Shown: positions 61,232 to 64,000 of the stretch, piece after piece
Layout of the letters: the number at the start of each line of letters is the position of its first letter
Position numbering within the stretch: the stretch's first letter is position 1
NCBI GenBank assembly: GCA_037447605.1
Contig: CM074819.1
Location: 1,758,297 to 1,822,296, forward strand
DNA from: Zygnema circumcarinatum SAG 698-1b
Lineage: Eukaryota > Plantae > Zygnematophyceae
Reading direction: 5' to 3'
DNA length: 64,000 nt
Program-made: the position numbers and the translations under genes
Notes under the pieces: model-generated
The model's input: the letters and a program-made list of their open reading frames with translations, nothing else
Told to the model about the DNA's origin: nothing
The model's database searches: none

Positions 61232-62395
61232 CGCTTGCTGTATGCGTACACAAAAGGTACATATTGGTACACATTGTGCACATTCGTACATTTTCTTCTA
61301 CATTCATACATATTCGTACAATTCCTTTTCCAGTCCGTACAAGAGCTGGTTTGGTCACAAATCGTACGGCCGCTACATGACCTCTGTTCCACCTGTGCAG
61401 TCCTGTGACGTGGACGTCCTTTGGTTGACTGACCGGTTGACTGACTGACTGACTAAATGAGGCAATTGTCAGTAGACTTCGAAACGAAAAATAAGCAGTA
61501 ACGATCTTTTTGAGATCAATTTGGCGCATTGTGGCACAAGAAGTATGCAAGATAGTAATTACACTCCTCAAGATGTAAATGAAGGGAGTAAAGGAAAATT
61601 GACAGACTTTAGTCGACTAAGTATTGTTACAATCTCAGCGTTCCGAGTCAAACCAACCCTTTAGTCGACTACAGCAGTCATAGCCACTCACTGACTAACA
61701 CGCCCTTCCCGTAGTCATCGCCAGTCACTGCGCAAGCGCTACAGCGGATAATCCTTAAGCGCACATGGCAGGGAGGCGCAGCCAATCGGAAGCCGCCAAA
61801 GGTGCCAGATGTACCGTCCTTACAGTTAGGGCTGTGCGGGAAGCTGGGCGCGTCCAGTATCCCTCCCTCGGCGGCCGGCAGGGTCGAGGACGCGAGCGCG
61901 TCTGCGCTAGGGGCGGCGAGGGGCTGAGGACAGGGGGAGAGGGAGAGGGAGAGGGGGAGAGAGGGAGAGGGAGTGGGAGGGAGAGGGAGGGAGAGGGAGG
62001 GCGGGAGAGGGAGGGAGAGGGAGGGCGGGAGAGGAAGAGGGAGAGCGGGAGAGGGAGAGGGAGAGGGAGAGGGAGGGCGGGAGAGGAAGAGGGAGGGCGG
62101 GAGAGAGAGAGGAAGAGGGATAGTGAGTGGGAGACGGAGGAGAGAAGGGAGGAGGGGGTGGAGGGAGGTGGAGGGGAGGAGGAGAGGAACAGGGTGAGGA
62201 GGAGAGGAGGAGGAGAGGGAGAGGGGGAGGAGGAGGAGAGGGAGAGGGGGAGGAGGATGAAAGGAGGAGGGGAGGGGGTGGGGAGGAGGGGAGGGGGGGA
62301 GGGGAGGAGGGGAGGGGGTGGGGAGGAGGGGAGGGGGTGAGGGGAAGGAGGAGGGGAGAAGGAGGGAGGGAGGAGGAGGGGAGGAGGAGGAGGCC

Positions 62396-64000
62396 ATGGA
62401 CGAGGCCATGGCGGAAGATTTGGCAGCAGCAGCAGCTAAGGGGAAAAGTAGAAATCGTTTTTTTGAAGGAGAGGGGAGATATCGCTTTCTTGCTCAAGGA
62501 GAGGAGGAGAGAGCGGGAGAGGGGGAGGGAGAGGTAGAAAGTGGAGGCCCTGGTGGCTACGATCAAGACAGTAGGGTTTGGATCAGGGGAGAAAGGAGCA
62601 GGGTAGAAGGTGCTATCCCTAGCCCCAGCCCTAATCCTAACCCTAACCCTAACCCTAACCCTAACCCTAACCCTAACCCTAACCCTAACCCTAACCCTAA
62701 CCCTAACCCTAACCCTAACCCTAACCCTACCCGTAACCCCAACCCTAACCCTAACACTAACCCTAACCTTAACCCCAACCCTAACCTTAGCTCTAATTCT
62801 GTGGCAGACTTAGGGTTAGGGCGGAATGGGGCGGGAGAGAGCAGCCCCTCGAGCAACAGCAGCTTTCCCGCCTCCTTTGGTAGAGATGTATCCTTTCCAC
62901 ACTCGCCACCCGGCGGCTTCTTGTTGGGCCGCGGACACGAAGAAGTCGAACTGGAGTTTGAAGCAGCCATGGCGGCAGCTATGACTGCCGGTTCAACAGG
63001 AGGAGTTAGAGGAGGAGGAGGAGAAGGGGGGAGCGAGAGGCGCAGAAATGAGAGCTCCACATTTAAGGAATTTTCGTCTATAGAGAAGAGGGTGAGGCAG
63101 CTACTTGGAGGACTGCGTCAAGGAGGAGAGGTTAACCCTAGTCCTAGACTCGGAGGAGGAGGAGGAGGAGGAGAGGGAGGGGGAGGAGGAGGAGAAGACG
63201 CGGAAAGGGAAGGGGGGGAAGGGAGGGGAGGCGGGAGAAGAGGTTGGTGGAGGTGGGGGGAGGGGAGTGTGGGAGGGAGAGGGGATGGGAGGGCATTGTC
63301 TGTGCCGGCAGGGGGAGAGGAGAGAGGGGAGGCAGGGAGGGGGTTGGGGAGGAAAGGTGGGGAGGAGAGAGGAGGCGAGGAGGGTGGAGGTTGGGCAGGG
63401 AGGAGAGAGGATCTAGGAGCAGAGAGGGCAGGTAGAACAGGGAGGAGGTGGGAGCGGGGGTGGGAGCAATGGGCGGAAGATAGGAGAAGAGAGAGGGAAG
63501 TGGGAGGGAGAGCAGGAGAGGAGAGAGCAGGGAGGGGAGAGGTGAGAGAGTTTGAAGGCGTGGGAGCGGAAGCCGGAGTAGCTACAAGCGACGGGTCACC
63601 GCTACCTGATGCTCCCCTCCTACAGCTGGAAGGGGGCGGAGAGGAGGATGTGTTGGGAGAGGGAGAGGGCGAGGGAGAGGGAGCTGCAGGATCAAGTCAT
63701 ACTCCATTTTCCAAAAGGCCTAAGTTTTTGGTCAGCATGAGGTGGGTGGTCTCTCCCCCTCCCTCCCTCTCGCTCTTTCTCTCTCTATTTCTCTCGCTCT
63801 CTGCTGCTCCCTCCCGTCCTCCGCCTCTGTTCATCTTCTTACTTTCGCGCATTCTGTGTTCCTCAATTTGTGAAAATACAAGACATTGAAATGATCCAAG
63901 GATGACTAAAACCAGTGAACTTTTTGGTACATGCAGGCGAAGGATGAGGTGGAGCGGAGGTAGTGGAGGTGGTAGTGGGAGTGGGAGTGGGAGTGGTAGT
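62396..64000 (+). CDS. Probable 5' part of a low-complexity Gly/Glu/Arg-rich protein with a (Pro-Asn)n tract
   Basis: ATG at 62396, open to a GT donor after 63741 (phase 2), which matches an AG acceptor before 63937; no family recognised. Confidence 0.45.
62617..62790 (-). repeat. (TTAGGG)n array, 14 perfect CCCTAA units at 62641-62724 plus degenerate flanks
   Basis: Directly visible. Confidence 0.95.

Noticed and set aside
61678-62409. Minus-strand 243-aa ORF as first exon of the unidentified gene
   Set aside because: Mostly CT microsatellite, overlaps the start of the more plausible plus-strand ORF, and its phase does not clearly fit the next exon; left unresolved

Overview
Eukaryotic scaffold with 10-N gaps, from a green plant lineage. 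The evidence is an R2R3-MYB gene, an EMB2004-like RNI/LRR gene, a RAY1-like GT77 gene and TTTAGGG repeats; microsatellite-packed introns suggest a streptophyte alga, which is inference only. Host genes: R2R3-MYB (3297-5591, -), EMB2004-like LRR gene (36970-47678, +), RAY1-like arabinofuranosyltransferase (50305-53332, +), an unidentified multi-exon gene (56033 to about 60577, -) and a probable low-complexity gene starting at 62396 (+). The main finding is a roughly 21.4-kb, AT-rich Helentron/HLE2-type rolling-circle transposon (about 10846-32295). Its ends can be placed precisely because it splits a recognisable TA-flanked MITE at a T-run. It has the Helentron end structure: 5' subTIR plus palindrome, and 3' subTIR plus hairpin. 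It encodes an uninterrupted 1946-aa Rep-PIF1 helicase-AP endonuclease protein, a spliced RPA70-like OB-fold ssDNA-binding protein and an intronless F-box/LRR protein. It also holds unresolved spliced ORFs, hairpins, tandem repeats and nested retroelement fragments. Other oddities are an intron made mostly of telomeric repeat, a TTAGGG-type array probably read as (Pro-Asn)n, purine-rich 3' splice sites and a foldback element with palindromic minisatellites. All identifications come from manual reading and recalled family motifs; no searches were run.
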